From assembly GCA_905331295.1 (NCBI GenBank), contig CAJNYD010000549.1, positions 124,001 through 185,543 of the forward strand: a DNA stretch of 61,543 bases, written 5' to 3'. Position 1 is the stretch's first letter, and the number at the start of each line of letters is the position of its first letter. The stretch is from Rotaria socialis (taxonomy: Eukaryota). Under the pieces are notes generated by a model, which was given only the letters and a program-made list of their open reading frames with translations, was not told the DNA's origin and ran no database searches. This document shows, piece by piece, positions 1-14,472 of this stretch. A program made the translations under genes and the position numbers.

Positions 1-961
1 TATCTATCTATCTCTCTATATGCATGAACGACGAAAACTATTTACTAGTAATTTACTTGTTTCTGGTTTTTTTCTTCATCTCCGATATACTACGTTCTCT
101 AATTTAACTGCCATACACGCAACGTAGTAAGCGGATAACGGCAGGTAAAAAGATTAATTTATTTCTATAGTTTTTCATTACATACACGCGATCTTTGATG
201 AGTACTATTTTTGCTGCAACCTCGTTTAGTATCTTGTTTTATATCACACCACAATTCAATAGGCACAATTTATTAGATATACAATCTAAACATTTCATCT
301 GAAGAAAAGATCCTCTTGTGTTACTTGTTATGAACAGAAAAATAAATATATATATATATTTATGAGAAAAATAAATAATAAGATCACATATTCTAGTATT
401 TTGGACGTTAGGTCGTTTGTTTCCGGTGAGTAAGAAACGCGACAAATGCGTTCTTTTCCTCTTTCGTCTTCTGCTCTCTCTTTCGGCATACGCACATTCA
501 TGCCAATCCTATTTCTCGTTTTTCCTATATGGGTTCTTAAAAGTATTTTTGGGTGCATAAGATGACGATGTGAGTATAGACATTTCTCGGCTAGTTTTCC
601 ATTCGGCTCCATACAATCGTAAAAGAGCGAATGAACGATGACGATAACAACACAACACGAAGAGAAATAAAGAAAAAGAAGAAGGGGGAAAGACAAAGAA
701 AAAAATTATTCGCTACAGACTCTCGGGCTTCGCTCAATTCTAGCTATCAATCGACATTTGGATTCATTGTTTTTCTTTTCAGAATATCAGCATCATTTTT
801 ACATTCCTTTTTATTTCTTTTCCCTGTTTTGTCACGAAGCGTTGAGTCAACACGAACTTCAGCAAAAGTGAATGAGGCGTGTAATGTTTGTGTGAATATT
901 AGTCGAACAAAAAACAAAAGCACTCTTGTTATTGAAGAATTATAAGCAAGCAAACGAATCA

Positions 962-3907
962 ATGAATATCTACTATGGTTTATGTCTTTTAACATTTATT
1001 TTCTCAACTATAAACTCCATCATATTACCAACCGTGAATAAAGATTGGCTGATTGAATTTCATCAGCATGTTGAGCCAGAAGCAGCAAAGCGTATCGCCA
1101 AACGATACGCAATGGTTTCTCGTGGACCAGTATGATAAAAAATTGAAATTGAATGCAAACATGCCGTTTTTATTTTCCAATCATAGGTAATGAATGACAA
1201 ACGTTTGTATCATTTTGTGGATCTTAAATCAATAAATCCGCAAAGACGTCGAAAACGAGATACTGCTCAAGAAGAATTTATTCAACGAAACGAGCTTGTA
1301 AATAGAATTTCTTATGTTTTAGTTTAAATCTATGAGTTTTTCTTTCTAAATCAATAGGTTAAACAAGCTATTCATCAAATACCTTATATTCGTGCTAAAC
1401 GTGGCTATCGCTCTCCCGATGAGTTTAAAGCCGCTTTTCCTGAATATCAATCTCCTACGGATCCTTTTTTTCAATATCAATGGTATCTAGTAAGTTATTT
1501 TTCTTATCAATCAAATGAAATTAATTTAAATGAATGAAAACGCCAACATTAGAAAAATGTTGGTCAAGCCGGTGGCAAACCACGACTCGATCTGAATGTT
1601 GAAGAAGCTTGGGCACTTGGATATACAGGTAAAAATGTCACAACAGCCATTATGGATGATGGTGTTGATTATACACATCCTGATCTCATGCGCAATTATG
1701 TATGTGAATATAACAAAAAAACAAGAAAATAATATAATTTCGAAGTGAAAAATATTATTTTTCAGAATGCAGCCGCTAGTTATGATTTCAGTAGTAATGA
1801 TCGATATCCATATCCACGCTATACCGATGATTGGTTTAATAGGTATTGAACTATATGAAGGGAAAATAATTATTTATATTAAAATAAATTTATTCTAGTC
1901 ATGGAACACGTTGTGCCGGTGAAATTGCTGCTGCAAAAAATAATAACATTTGTGGTGTAGGTGTTGCTTATGATTCAATGGTAGCCGGTAAGAAATAGTT
2001 ACTGAAATAAAATCACAATTTTCAATTTTTCTAATTTCTATAGGTATAAGAATGTTAGATCAACCTTTTATGACAGGTACTAGTAGGCTATAGATGAAAT
2101 AGAAAATAATTTTTATGTTTCTTTTTTTTGCTAATAGATCTAATTGAAGCCAATTCTATGGCACATGAACCGAACATGATCGATATCTATTCAGCATCAT
2201 GGGGTTTGATAACTAGCCTTGAATATATTCAGCTAGTTAACTATGTTCTACATTACTACAGGACCAGTTGATGATGGAAAAACAATCGATGGGCCACGAC
2301 ATGCAACTATGAAAGCTATTGTCAAAGGCATTAATGAAGTAAATACCACTTCTGAACAAAATAATGACTATAACTATGTTTATTTTGTTTTCAATTTATA
2401 GGGTCGCCACGGTCTAGGTAAGAGGCAAATAATTGTATGTTTGAACAAGTTTCGCAATTATCTTCTTAATTAGGTTCGCTGTATGTATGGGCTAGTGGCG
2501 ATGGCGGAGTTAATGATGATTGTAATTGTGATGGATATGCTGCTTCAATGTGGACAATATCAATAAATTCAGCAATAAATGATGGAAGAACAGCACTTTA
2601 CGATGAATCTTGTTCATCGACACTTGCTTCAACATTTAGTAATGGTCGAAGTGAAGATCCACATGCCGGTGAGTCTAACGCGAGAGAAAAATAATAATTA
2701 ACCTTTGCGAATATCTTCTTTTTTTTTCAATCTCTAATTAGGAGTTGCAACAACTGATTTATATGGTCAATGCACATTGAAACACTCGGGTACATCAGCA
2801 GCAGCACCAGAAGCAGCCGGCGTATTCGCTCTTGCCCTGGAAGCAAAGTATTAGAAAGCTCAGGACATTTTCAAAGCATATCTTTGTTTTCCGTTTATTT
2901 TAGTCGTCAATTAACCTGGAGAGATGTTCAGCACTTAACTGTTTTAACAGCAAAACGTAATCAACTATTTGATCCGTCAAAACAACATTTATGGCATATC
3001 AATGGAGCTGGATTAGAATTTAATCATTTATTTGGTTTTGGTGTACTAGATGGTTTGTTTTTGTTTTTATTGTAAATATATATTCAATGCTTTTTCTCTT
3101 AATTATCTAGCCGGTGATATGGTTCGACACGCTAGAGAATGGAAACCCCTACCAGCAAGATATCATTGTTCAGCTGGTAATATTACGGGAAAACGGTAAA
3201 TATTTACAAAAAGAAAAAGGAAAATACATTAAAAATGCTAATTTTAATATTCTACTACCTAGACCAATACCAGAAAAGGGTTCATTAAAAATAACAATAG
3301 TTACCGATGCTTGCAAAGCTACTAAAGATGAAGTTAATTATATCGAACATGTTCAGGCATTTATAACATTAAAAAGTAGTCGCCGCGGTAACACAGTTAT
3401 TTTTATAACGTCACCACTTGGCACAAGGTAAATATCTACAAATAGACTTTGCTATAGATTGTTTTTATTTTAAAATCTAGATCATTAATTCTAAGCCGTC
3501 GTCCATTAGATGATGATTCAACGAAAGGCTTCTTTAAATGGCCATTTATGACAACGCACGCATGGGCTGAACAAGCTCAAGGTACATGGACACTTGAAAT
3601 TCGTTTTGACAATGCAGATAATGCGAATGCACCGTTGACAAATCAACAAAATCAAACAAAATCGGACAAAGAGCAAAGTGAAAAATTAACTACCGGTGAA
3701 TTTTTCGAATGGTCATTAGTGTTACACGGAACAAAAACATCACCATATGCCGATCAAACACCATTATCCGTACATGGAGATAAGAGTAAATTGTCGATTA
3801 CTAAGCAAATACATGCAAATAACTTTCACGACAAAGCAAAATATATTAAACTACTTAAACAGGATAATCAAAAACGTTTAGGAAGCGATGATGAAACGAT
3901 CATGTAA
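962..3907 (+). CDS. PCSK2: Neuroendocrine prohormone convertase 2 (subtilisin/kexin S8 + P domain), multi-exon
   Basis: Signal peptide [15 protein letters not shown]; prodomain ending in RAKR (~1400); catalytic motifs AIMDDGVDY (~1650), HGTRCAGE (~1900), HSGTSAAAP (~2780); oxyanion-hole Asp in WASGDGG (~2490), diagnostic of PC2; P-domain EHVQ...RRGN...MTTHAWAE; many short GT-AG introns. Confidence 0.93.
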
Positions 3908-5466
3908 ACAAAACAATGAACTCGAATCGAATCCATGAGACATAGTCTAGTGAATGCTACGAAAGAAAAAGAAATGATTGTACAAACACTGTACAGCCTT
4001 CTTCTTTTCTTCTTTTCTTCTCTTCTTTGTCCTATGATACCTGAATTTTGTGAATATGAAATACGCTTATCATTATTCGAGAAAGAAAAAGTTTATTTAT
4101 TTATTTTATTATCTTCTGTTGCTCCGCGAGAAAAAAGAACAAATGAAATGTCATTGAATATGATCATCAAATAGAATGATGATGATGCTGAATTAAAATA
4201 AAATGAATAAATTATTTTTGATTTATATTTTTATGTTAATACAAAAGAATAATCTAACTGATGAAATAAATAATAAAGAGCCATTTGTCTATTTAATGTC
4301 GAGAACTTTTCTGTTTTCAGTCATAGTGCACAACTCTTCTAAGGAAGTGTTAAGTGAGCTGATCGAGTACTTAAGACGACGATAATCAATGTGCTGCTGA
4401 GATTAACTTGATCTGATGGCTTCTTAGGCTTGATTAGAAGATAAAAATAGACAAAAAAAATCTTAAGGAAAAATCCATATTTGCGAATACTTCTGAAACA
4501 TTGCTTACATCAAAATATAGCAAATACTTGTAAGAAGTGAACCGAATATCTAATTTAATGTTTCAATATTAAAAATCATTCATGACGATACAAGATAATC
4601 GTGGATCACATTTTAGTGTGCCGTAGTTGATCAGATATAAAAACACAAGAATTTTCTGCAGTTCAAAACCTATTAAATTATATCTAATACCAATGACAGG
4701 CGTTTCTCGACTACCACCTCTGGCAGTCACCGAAGAATACATCTCGCTTTAATATTCCATTAATAAAGTTGAATCTACAGTTCAATTTTGTTAAGGATAA
4801 TATTTTATGTAAGGCCTGATTATTATTATAAATTGCCGTAAGTTTTATACCAGATCGTCGACAATGTTTTTTTTATATGAATAGTGTATCACTGAACTCT
4901 TGGCAGTATTTTATTTGACATTTTGCCCATAGTTTCAAGGTGAGCTATGACGTTGAATCCATTTACCATGCAAGCAATTGATAAAAAAACCGCTTTCATG
5001 CTCTCTGATTTTGCATACGCCTATCACCTAGGTTGACACTCAAAGTCATTACGCCTTCCTAATAACGGCTTAATCATTCTTACGTATTGCCGTCTCTTTC
5101 GATCATCATTAACCATTTACATAGCGGAAATGTAGACAGCATCGCAAAATCTGATACACGACATGAAACACCGAGAATAATGTACGCCGATCTTTGGATA
5201 ACTGCTGTATTAGATAGTTTTTTATTATTGTAAAACTACAATTTTGCTAGTGTAACTTGAAGTCAGCATACAATTGAATTCAAATGAAAATTTCTTTTTC
5301 TTTTAATATTATAAAGTGTTCGAACGACTTCATACACAGAAATTGACTTCTGTGCTTTACATACAAGAAATGTACATCCAAAAAAAGATTATGAAATACA
5401 TACAAAAAACAAGCATAATTATACATTTTTGTCTTGCTAATCGTTCTTTGACTAGAAAAATCTTGA

Positions 5467-8400
5467 TTATATTTTATCGCTAGATGTTTTCATATGCAAG
5501 AAACGATATGGTGATGGTAGATGATGACGCTTTGCCAGTTCTTCTGTTCGTTCTTTCCATCGCTGTATCGGTGTCTTTTTTTGTAAACGTTTTACTGAAC
5601 GAGCAACTTCACCGGTTCGAGTTCCTGACGAAATAATTTTATTACCCCGGATCAATGCCTCTTCAATAATACGTTGTTCAGGTGTATGCATTAATCCGAT
5701 AGTAAATGGACTTTTATTAACTTCATTTATTTCTTGTGATGATAATCTACGGGTTAGTGATTGCGTATGCGATCGATTATGTACATTATCGGATGAATGT
5801 CGTTCAAATGCACGTACTTGGTTTTGTACATGACCACATAATTTATCTTTAAGTACGATAAAACTATCTCGACCATGATTGAGTAGACTAACATTCTAAA
5901 TAAGGTACACACATGAGTATTTAAAAAAAACAGAAACTTCTTTCTTTCATTGCCTAGGAAAAACGAGATTTGGTATATTTTATTAAATATAGATTAAACA
6001 AAAAGAGAAGGTATGAATTATTGTCCAAAAAAAAAGGAAAAAAACATTGAAGTTTACAACAAAAAAGAAATAAGAAAGGTGAATTAGATATGTGTGTTTA
6101 CCTCATCATTCTCTTCGAGATTCAGTAATACCGATTTGTTATTTGATGCAGGAAATAAATCATGGGATGGTTGAGATATCGAACATGAATTTGTACGTTC
6201 TTTAGTTACTGATGCTGGTACACCATCAATGGACGATGCAATTAAATTTGTTATTGATGAAGAAAGACGAACTGGTATTTTCGGTGTTGTTAAATTAATA
6301 TCATCTTTAATAATCGAAGAGAAAAAAACTAATTAACATACCCAGTAACTCATCAATAGCTAACCGAACAAACACTCAGCAACTTGCAGTCTATTTTGGT
6401 CATCTTTTAAGTAATGAAAAAAGGGACTTAGTAGAACGAGTGCGGAGGTTTCAACACAGTCTTTTGTGAATAGATAAGACAGTCTCAGTAACTTTTGTAG
6501 ACAAACAGCAAACACTAAAGTTTTCTTTTGTCGTCTAATTATTTATAAGTCGCATTTTATCTATATATATATATACATATTCTTACTATTATTGAAATTT
6601 TGTACAGGTGTTTTTTTAATTTGAAAATTTTCACAATCTTCATCCTAAAAACAAAGCATAAAGTAAAAATTTTTAATTATCAATCAAATTCGTGAAAACA
6701 TACATCTGAATCTGTCAATCGAATACAACGATTTTCATTTCGTCGTAAAATTTCGTCAAGGTCATTTTCTCTATTTAACGGCTTTTCTACTAAAACTGAT
6801 ATAATCACTTGTGTTGGTTCTTGATTAGTAATTTTAATTGCATCTTTTTGTTCTTTATTGTCTTCATTTATTAGTGTGTGTGATGTAACTTCATTCTCGT
6901 CATTTTTCATATCTAACTGTGGAGCATCAGCAGCATTCGTTTGATCATTCTCACATGTAGGTTTTGTATGACTACAATTTCTTTCTAAATCAGTTTCATC
7001 AATATATGCAACATCGAGTGAACCATGATCATTAGGCATGGGCTCATTTGTATATTCCTTTAATGATTGCATATCTTCATTACCAACAACAACAGCTAGA
7101 TTAAGTTCATTGGCCATATCTTCGTCATCGTCATCATCATTAAATGAATCTTCTTGCGTTAAGTTATGATTCGGATCTTTTGATTGTTGATCATAATCAA
7201 TATCATCGTTTGTGCCTGGTTGTTGACTTGGTAATGAATGAGAATAATTATTAAGCATACAAACAACATGACGAGTCTGCTGTTGACCAGCACTTGATGA
7301 TATTGAACGACGTGGCCGAAATGTTGTCGTTGCTGTAAATGATGTACTAGTAACATCATCAGAATGGCGACGAGCAACACCAAAACTCGAATGCATGAGG
7401 AGTGATGTACCCGCTAATTGTTGTGATGATATTTGCAATGAATTATCTACTGCTTTAATTGGTGATGGCGATGATTCAGTAAACGAGTTAGAATCAATCG
7501 TAGATGTAGTTAACATTGGAGCGTGAATTGCAATGAGAGGTTTTCGTTCAACAACTTTCTAAAAAAATATACAGAAAATGAATTTTGTTTATCAATTATC
7601 GAACTGACCCGTGCCGACTTTGGCCACTTCCACGAATCGAGCAGATTAAGCCTAAACATGAAAATCAGTAAAATAAAATCGATGTGAAAAACGTTTTTGT
7701 TCTTTACTTTTTTGGATCAAGTGATTTATTATTACAAGAAATCGATGCTAGATTCGGTAGTAATGTTGTAGGTGTTTCCGATGGTATCATTGATGATTGC
7801 TGATGGTTGCCATGTCCAAGTGAAACATTGCTCATCATGGACGTAGTCAATGTTGTCATCGAGCCACTTGGGGTTGTCGTTGATAGTGAAGATGATGATG
7901 TTGCAGATGATGGTGTGGGATTGATAATAGTATTCATAAAGCGTACTGGAACTTCATCGGTAAAATGAAGTAATTGTGGTAAATGTGAATGTTCAATTTT
8001 GAAAGGAAAACCTAAACGCAAATGTAGCTTAGAGATTGTATTCAAGAATAAGAGAGCAACATACCAGGATCATTCGTATGACTTGATGTTTTCTTTTTTC
8101 GTCGAAATGCTGATATTGGACTTGTAAAACGATTTGCATTTGGTAACGAGATTTTCTCTTGTGATGATGTTTTTGTTTTACTAAAATAAAGGAAAATATT
8201 CGTTTTCTAATCGATCGAGTAGTAGAATTCAAGAGCTGTCTTTTTATATAATAGATGAGCTAGAAAACGAAGAAATCTAATTGCTCAAATACTTCTAACA
8301 AATGACCCATAGTGGTCATTTACTCTAGTTAGAGAATCTGACTTTGTGAGATCGCATTAGTTCGAGTAGGTTTTTGACAACTTCATTTTACATGTCTTAT

Positions 8401-9754
8401 AATCTATCCGAATATGATACACTAAGTAACATGGATCTGAATGAGAAATGTATTTACCCTCGTTTTGAATTACCACCATTTGGATCATCGCTTGATTTTC
8501 TTTTCGTTGTTGTACTTGAAGTTGATGATGATGATAGACAATGTGCATTAATACTATTCTGTTGATAATGATATCGATGTTCTCGTGTATGAGACGATGA
8601 TAATTTACCACTTCGATCGAGAAATGCATTTGTTTGATCCCGACTATCGTTATTCGAACCAGATCGACGACGAAGTCGATTAGTCATATGAACAAGAAAT
8701 TCTAGAATATAGAGACGGAAAACTTAAAACAGCATACTAAATACGATAATAACCTTTCACAGAACCACTCCGTCGTTTTTTTGCATTAGCTGGATCATTC
8801 ATTTTTCCACCACCAATACCATTTCTAATACCATTTTCAATAGCAAAACTATCGTCACCATTTTGCACAACTTCTTTTTGTCTCATTTCTAATAGCATTT
8901 GTGATCGTTCAAAAATTGAGTCAGTTATAAAACCAAGTTTCATTGCATTTGTAATTAATATTTCAACAATATCACTAACATTCGTTGCACATTGTTCAGT
9001 CATTATAGTTGCTTTACCATCAATCGGAGTACGCATTATACCAGGACCAACGCAAATAGCTAAATTTTTTGCATTCATTTTATTTTCGCGTTCATGTAAT
9101 GTTATTTCATGTAAAAATCGTAATATATAAATAAGTGCATGCAAATGTTCATCGGGTAAAAGTAAAAGAATATTAAGATAAATGTCAATTTTTCTCTCTG
9201 CTGGTAATGCACGCATGGAAAAACAATCAAGTAAAAGATCTTGTATAGGATATGTAATTAATGGATATGTAAGACGACGGAGAAATTCTTTAAACAATGA
9301 ACAAACATCGAATACTGTATTCGATGATGATAAACTTGGCGTTAATAAACCATCTTCAATACGAGCCTAAGAAGACAAAGAAAGATGATTTTCTTTAACA
9401 TAAAATACTATTAGACGACTTTACCATAAGTTCTTTAACACGTTGAGATCCACCTGATTTTCGAAAGAGACCTTCATGTTTTATTGAACGACGTATGCAA
9501 TCAAAACACCATCGTAAAAAAATGGGTACTGTTAAATCGAGTTCATCTATTCGTACTGTGACTGTATCCAATTGATGTAGAGGCACATTAAATACACGTG
9601 TTCCACGTTGAGTTTTTGATATATGAGGAGATGTTTGACCGATCGTTATATTACGATGTTTATTTGTATCAATGCGTAAGCCGACATTACTAAGATCACT
9701 TATAATAAATTCACGAACACTACCTTTTTCTTCAATTGTAATAAAACTACGCAT
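5467..9754 (-). CDS. RhoGAP, ARHGAP11A-like, with long disordered C-terminus, multi-exon
   Basis: VFNVPL...EGLFRKSG arginine finger, KEFLRRLTYPLI, ENKMNAKNLAICVGP, then KKRRSGSV; spliced exons stay in frame to the stop at 5467. Confidence 0.85.
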
Positions 9755-11457
9755 GTCTTTTCTTTGTTAATGCTTAAGAAAGTAATAAGTATAAATAAAT
9801 GAAAAGTTCTAACATTTCTAAAAATAGAATATGCAAATAAGTTTCAAAAAATAGTCAATTGCCGTAATACAAGTTGAATTGCATGACAAGAAGAGAGATT
9901 TTAATAGAAGAAAAGACAAGCTCACAAGACAGAGAACTGTCGATCTATCCAATACGCTTTGCGCGAAAAATCAATCAACTGACCAATGATCTGTTGAACA
10001 TCGGTTTTAAGTGACCTCTATTGAGATACTTTTTTTTTTATCAATGTGATATGATCGAAACATAACGATAAGGAGCTTAACTGATTATTATCTTTGCTTT
10101 TATTCCAGATGCTCGGAAATTGATAATATCGAAAAATTTCAATCAAAAGAAAACCGCTTCCAATATTAAAGCAGTGGATGTAGATAACTTACTGTAATTG
10201 ATAAAAAAAAATACAGCCGATCTAAGAGGGTACAATATTTAGTCTGAGACGTGTTATTTCTTCTGAATTCACCCATGAAATTTGTAATTAGACGTAAGTT
10301 CACACAAGCAGAAATTAAGTCAGACTTTATTTGTCAGGTCTCATTAAGCCTGTTGTTTCGCCTGTGAGTTCATGTCTAGCAACGAGACGTTATTCACATC
10401 TAATGTCTGATCCTATATCAATAAGATTCGTTATGGTTTATGATGTGAGAAAATAGGAGCGTGTCTAAGGTTAATTACAGTCTATGATCATATATTAGCA
10501 ACATCAGCAATGTTTCAATGTTAATGACTGCCAATGTATGTGTGTCAGTGGGCGGGTAGTCCTTCTAAATATCTACCTCTATAGTACAGTAGTCGTTTCT
10601 AGGTTGTGTTTCACAAAAAAAATAGTCCTATTAATATCAAGATCGACAGTATTTATTTGTCTGGGAATTTCCAGTTAAGTTCAGTATGCAAGTAACGAAG
10701 CAATAAAGAAATAGGCGTCTATTTATTTAAGACATTAATACATAGTGACGCAAGTTGTACTAATGTATGATTTTTTCCTAGCGAATGGCAAGCTGTTGAC
10801 AATAAATTATTGTTAAATTCTATTCATGGACACATCTTCAATTGAATAGATTGACGGATAATTACAACAACTAAAACGACGACATCGAAAAGAATTATAG
10901 TGACGTTCGTAGACTAGAAAGAATTCAAGCAAACAAATAATGATCCATATGCATTCCAGCTGCTAATCTCTGCAAATCATGTGCATTTGTAAAATTTTGA
11001 CTCATACGTCAATCTCGCTGAGATTTTAATCAGACAGAATTTTAGAATGTGAATAGTTCGAACGTATGAATTTATCGATTGAAACTCATTCATCTGATTT
11101 CTTCTTTTGTAATCTCAAATAAACAGTTGACGTTTAGTTAGCAATATCATAAATGGGCCCTTAAATATTGGTAACAAGTAGTTTAATTTTAGTATAGAAT
11201 TTTAACTACACGACAATTGACTAGAAAAGTGTTGATGTGCGCGTACATAATCAAAAGCAGAATCAGAATTGCTACCGAGCGTTCATAACGATATTATGCA
11301 CAATGTGAAAGTTAGTAGTAACAGAGTTCTGATTATTTTCTTCTAGTATATACTCTAGAGAGAAAGTAGGAGAAATAACACAGAAAAATTATTTATATAT
11401 ACACACACACTGTCTCTTCCTTGACGCTTTTATTGTTTCTTACTATAGCATTTCTAT

Positions 11458-11462
<5 letters not shown>

Positions 11463-11488
<26 letters not shown>
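11463..11488. repeat. (AT)n microsatellite
   Basis: About 13 AT units seen directly. Confidence 0.9.
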
Positions 11489-11800
11489 CGTACTTGTACA
11501 AGTAATAATCATAGTAAGGCAAAATGTGCGCATAATGCGCGGTGTGTTTAGACACACGTATAGAACCAATGAGCTCATAAATACTATTTGGACATGACTA
11601 AGGACAAGGTCTCTTCTTTCTAGCAGCAATAGTAAACATATATCGGAGAAGAAAAAGAGAAAGAGAAAAAGCTTATGGGAGAAGTGTACAACTGAGCAAA
11701 GGGCTATCCTATGAAAGAAGAGACGAGACATTCTCGTAGAATATAGTAGAAAGAATTATATATACAAGTTCTATACAAAGGAACAAGAATAATAATAATA

Positions 11801-12804
11801 ATGGAACATTCATTAATACCTGCAACACCTGTTGAACTAGAACGATCAAGCTTAGATCAGAGTTGGGGTTTTCGCCTTCAAGGTGGAGCTGATTTTCGAT
11901 TGCCATTGTCAATTAAAAAGGTTTGCATTGCATCAAAAGTTTTCTTATAAGACAAACAAATCATTTATTGTTTCTCGGATATATAGGTAATACCTAATTC
12001 ACCATCACACAATAAAATTCATCCAGGTGATGCAGTCGCTCTTATTGATGGACAAGATGCAAGTTCAATGACACATAATGATGCAGAAAATTTAATTCGC
12101 AATTCATTACGATTACAACTTGTCGTTCGCCGGTATGTTCTGCTTATTTACATCTATAATATTCTAATCGAGTTAGAAGATAATGAAAGCCGATAACTAA
12201 TTAATTCATACTTCATGGAGGCAGATATCGGATTCTACAAGAAACATGAATTCTAGGATACGAATGTAGTAGAGAAAATTAGTTGAGACATTCTATTATA
12301 TGAGTAATGCCATCATATTATACTAATTTTATCGTCATTTCAAGAGCATAGACCGACAAAGGTTAATGCAAACTGCTATTGACCTTCATTCTTCAAGCAG
12401 GGTGGAGCAACATGCTTATATGATATGTAATCGAAGTCTTGTTTGAAGATTATAAATGATGCTACATCAGTCGTTGTCACATGACAGGACTTCTATTTAA
12501 CTCTGCAAATCAATCTTGTCTATAGATCGGATCGATTTTCCCATGATGTCACAGATAATACATCATTTTGACTTGTGTATAACGGCTAAAAACCATTGCC
12601 TATAGCAATTAATCGTCAATACAACGCAAATATTTCTAAAAATTAAATCAGCAGTTTATTTAAAAAGTGAAATTTGTTTTTAGTGGTCAACTCAATACGA
12701 TTCGACCAACGAAAGGCACTGTCAAATTTAATGCTGCTCCTAATCCACGTACTAATTCAGCATTAAACAATACTGTAACGCAGAATAACTATCGTCGTTT
12801 CTAA
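11801..12804 (+). CDS. Small PDZ-only protein, Zasp/PDLIM (ALP/Enigma)-type PDZ, 3 exons, ~128 aa; not in ORF track
   Basis: Exons 11801-11920, 11987-12132 and 12684-12804 join in frame: MEHSLIPATPVELERSSLDQSWGFRLQGGADFRLPLSIKKVIPNSPSHNKIHPGDAVALIDGQDASSMTHNDAENLIRNSLRLQLVVRR...NNYRRF*. WGFRLQGG.DF is the PDLIM PDZ signature. Confidence 0.88.
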
Positions 12805-14472
12805 TCGATTATTCGTCTTTTATACTTTTTGTTTTTGTCAATATTCAGAATTATTAATTTATATATTTTAAAAATTGTAGTGTGCGAATACAATCCTACT
12901 TTTTTTTTAACATTTATTTCTTTTGCATGTATGATTTAAAGAAAAACAGTGAAAACTCTAGATGAACCAATTGAAATAAATAAAAATAACAGCACGCATT
13001 GAATTACAAAGAGATAATCGAATTCCTATTTTTAGACCTATTAACAAGAAACGACATTCATATGACACAGAAAAGTCAAGTACAATTAATACTATTGACT
13101 ACTTTCTGGAAAAGTCTGTGTAATTACATTTCTATCAATCATTTGATTTATTGTAACAAATTTTACTAGGCGAAACATTCATTTGTGCTTAATTGTCATT
13201 TTCCAGGTTTGAGTATTTAATTAATATTATTGACGTGAAAGGCTCAGTTGGTCGACAGTCACATCGTGAACTATCAACTTTATTGACTTCCCGAGACATA
13301 TTCAACAAGTAGTATTTATTCTCTAGTTATTTTTGTTTAATTCAATATCGGATTTTATTTCTTATGAAATATCTGAATAGCATAGAATTAATTTTGAACT
13401 ATCAGAGTAATTTTGCACTATCTGCTATCTTCAAGTATGAGAAAAAAATAAGCCAATGTGTTAGTGTTCTCGCTTGATTGTTATCTACGTATATACAAGG
13501 TATGAACATTAAGTGCGGCGCGTATTGTAATGTAAATGATAGATGAAGAGCAAACAACAACAAAAACAAGAATATTGTTATGTATTCACTCACATGGCGA
13601 GAAAAAATAAACAAATAGTATCTGTGTTTTTCAGTAAATATGCGTAGTTGTTCTGTATTTACATTCAGTTTATCGAGAGAGACAGATAGATCTAAAAGAA
13701 AATAAGAATTGATCTTTATCGTCAGCGTATCTATGTCAAGTCTTATGAAGCATGAAATTCAAACAAAGTCAAACTATTAATGGTTACTGAATATGAACCG
13801 TAACGATGAGCGTGTTTTTGTTTTCTCTCTCAATATACAAGCGTTGTTAAATAGAACGTATTCTGGATTATCTTGATCCTTTCGATAGGCATCAGCGAGT
13901 ATCGATCTGTGGTGAACTGAAATATGAATAGCAAATTGAGAATGAGTTAGATGATGGCAATATATCTTTTCGAAGATTAGTTCTGGGGTGTTTCAAACTT
14001 TGGATCAAGGATTTAGAATAAATGTGCAAAATATACGATTCTAGATCTGTTCTTTTCTTTTCTTATTAAAATTAGATGCAGATAAAACTGTTTGTCAGCA
14101 AATGGTAGAATTTTTCAATGCAAAATTATATAAACAATAAAAAAAATGTATGGATTAGATAGAAATCGTGTATGTTATTATTCGTTTGATTCATTTTAAT
14201 TGACTTTGTAACTCTAAAGAAATGAATATTAACAGATTCGAATCGAATAACTGTAGAAAACCGATCATTTAGTCGATTCAAAAGCACACGATAATTGTTT
14301 TCTTTTCATAATTTTTTAAATCAGTGAGTGTATATAAGATAGCAAACAAAAAACTACTAGTCTAGATATACATGTAATTAAAAGTTTTATTAATCTCTAC
14401 TATCAAACATCAAATTTCTTACGAAAACCATCTACAAAGGCAAATTTATTCAGTTTGATCAACTCAATTTTT

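Noticed and set aside
239..995. Overlapping ORFs upstream of PC2
   Set aside because: Low-complexity Phe/Lys-rich translations of UTR or promoter sequence; no motifs.
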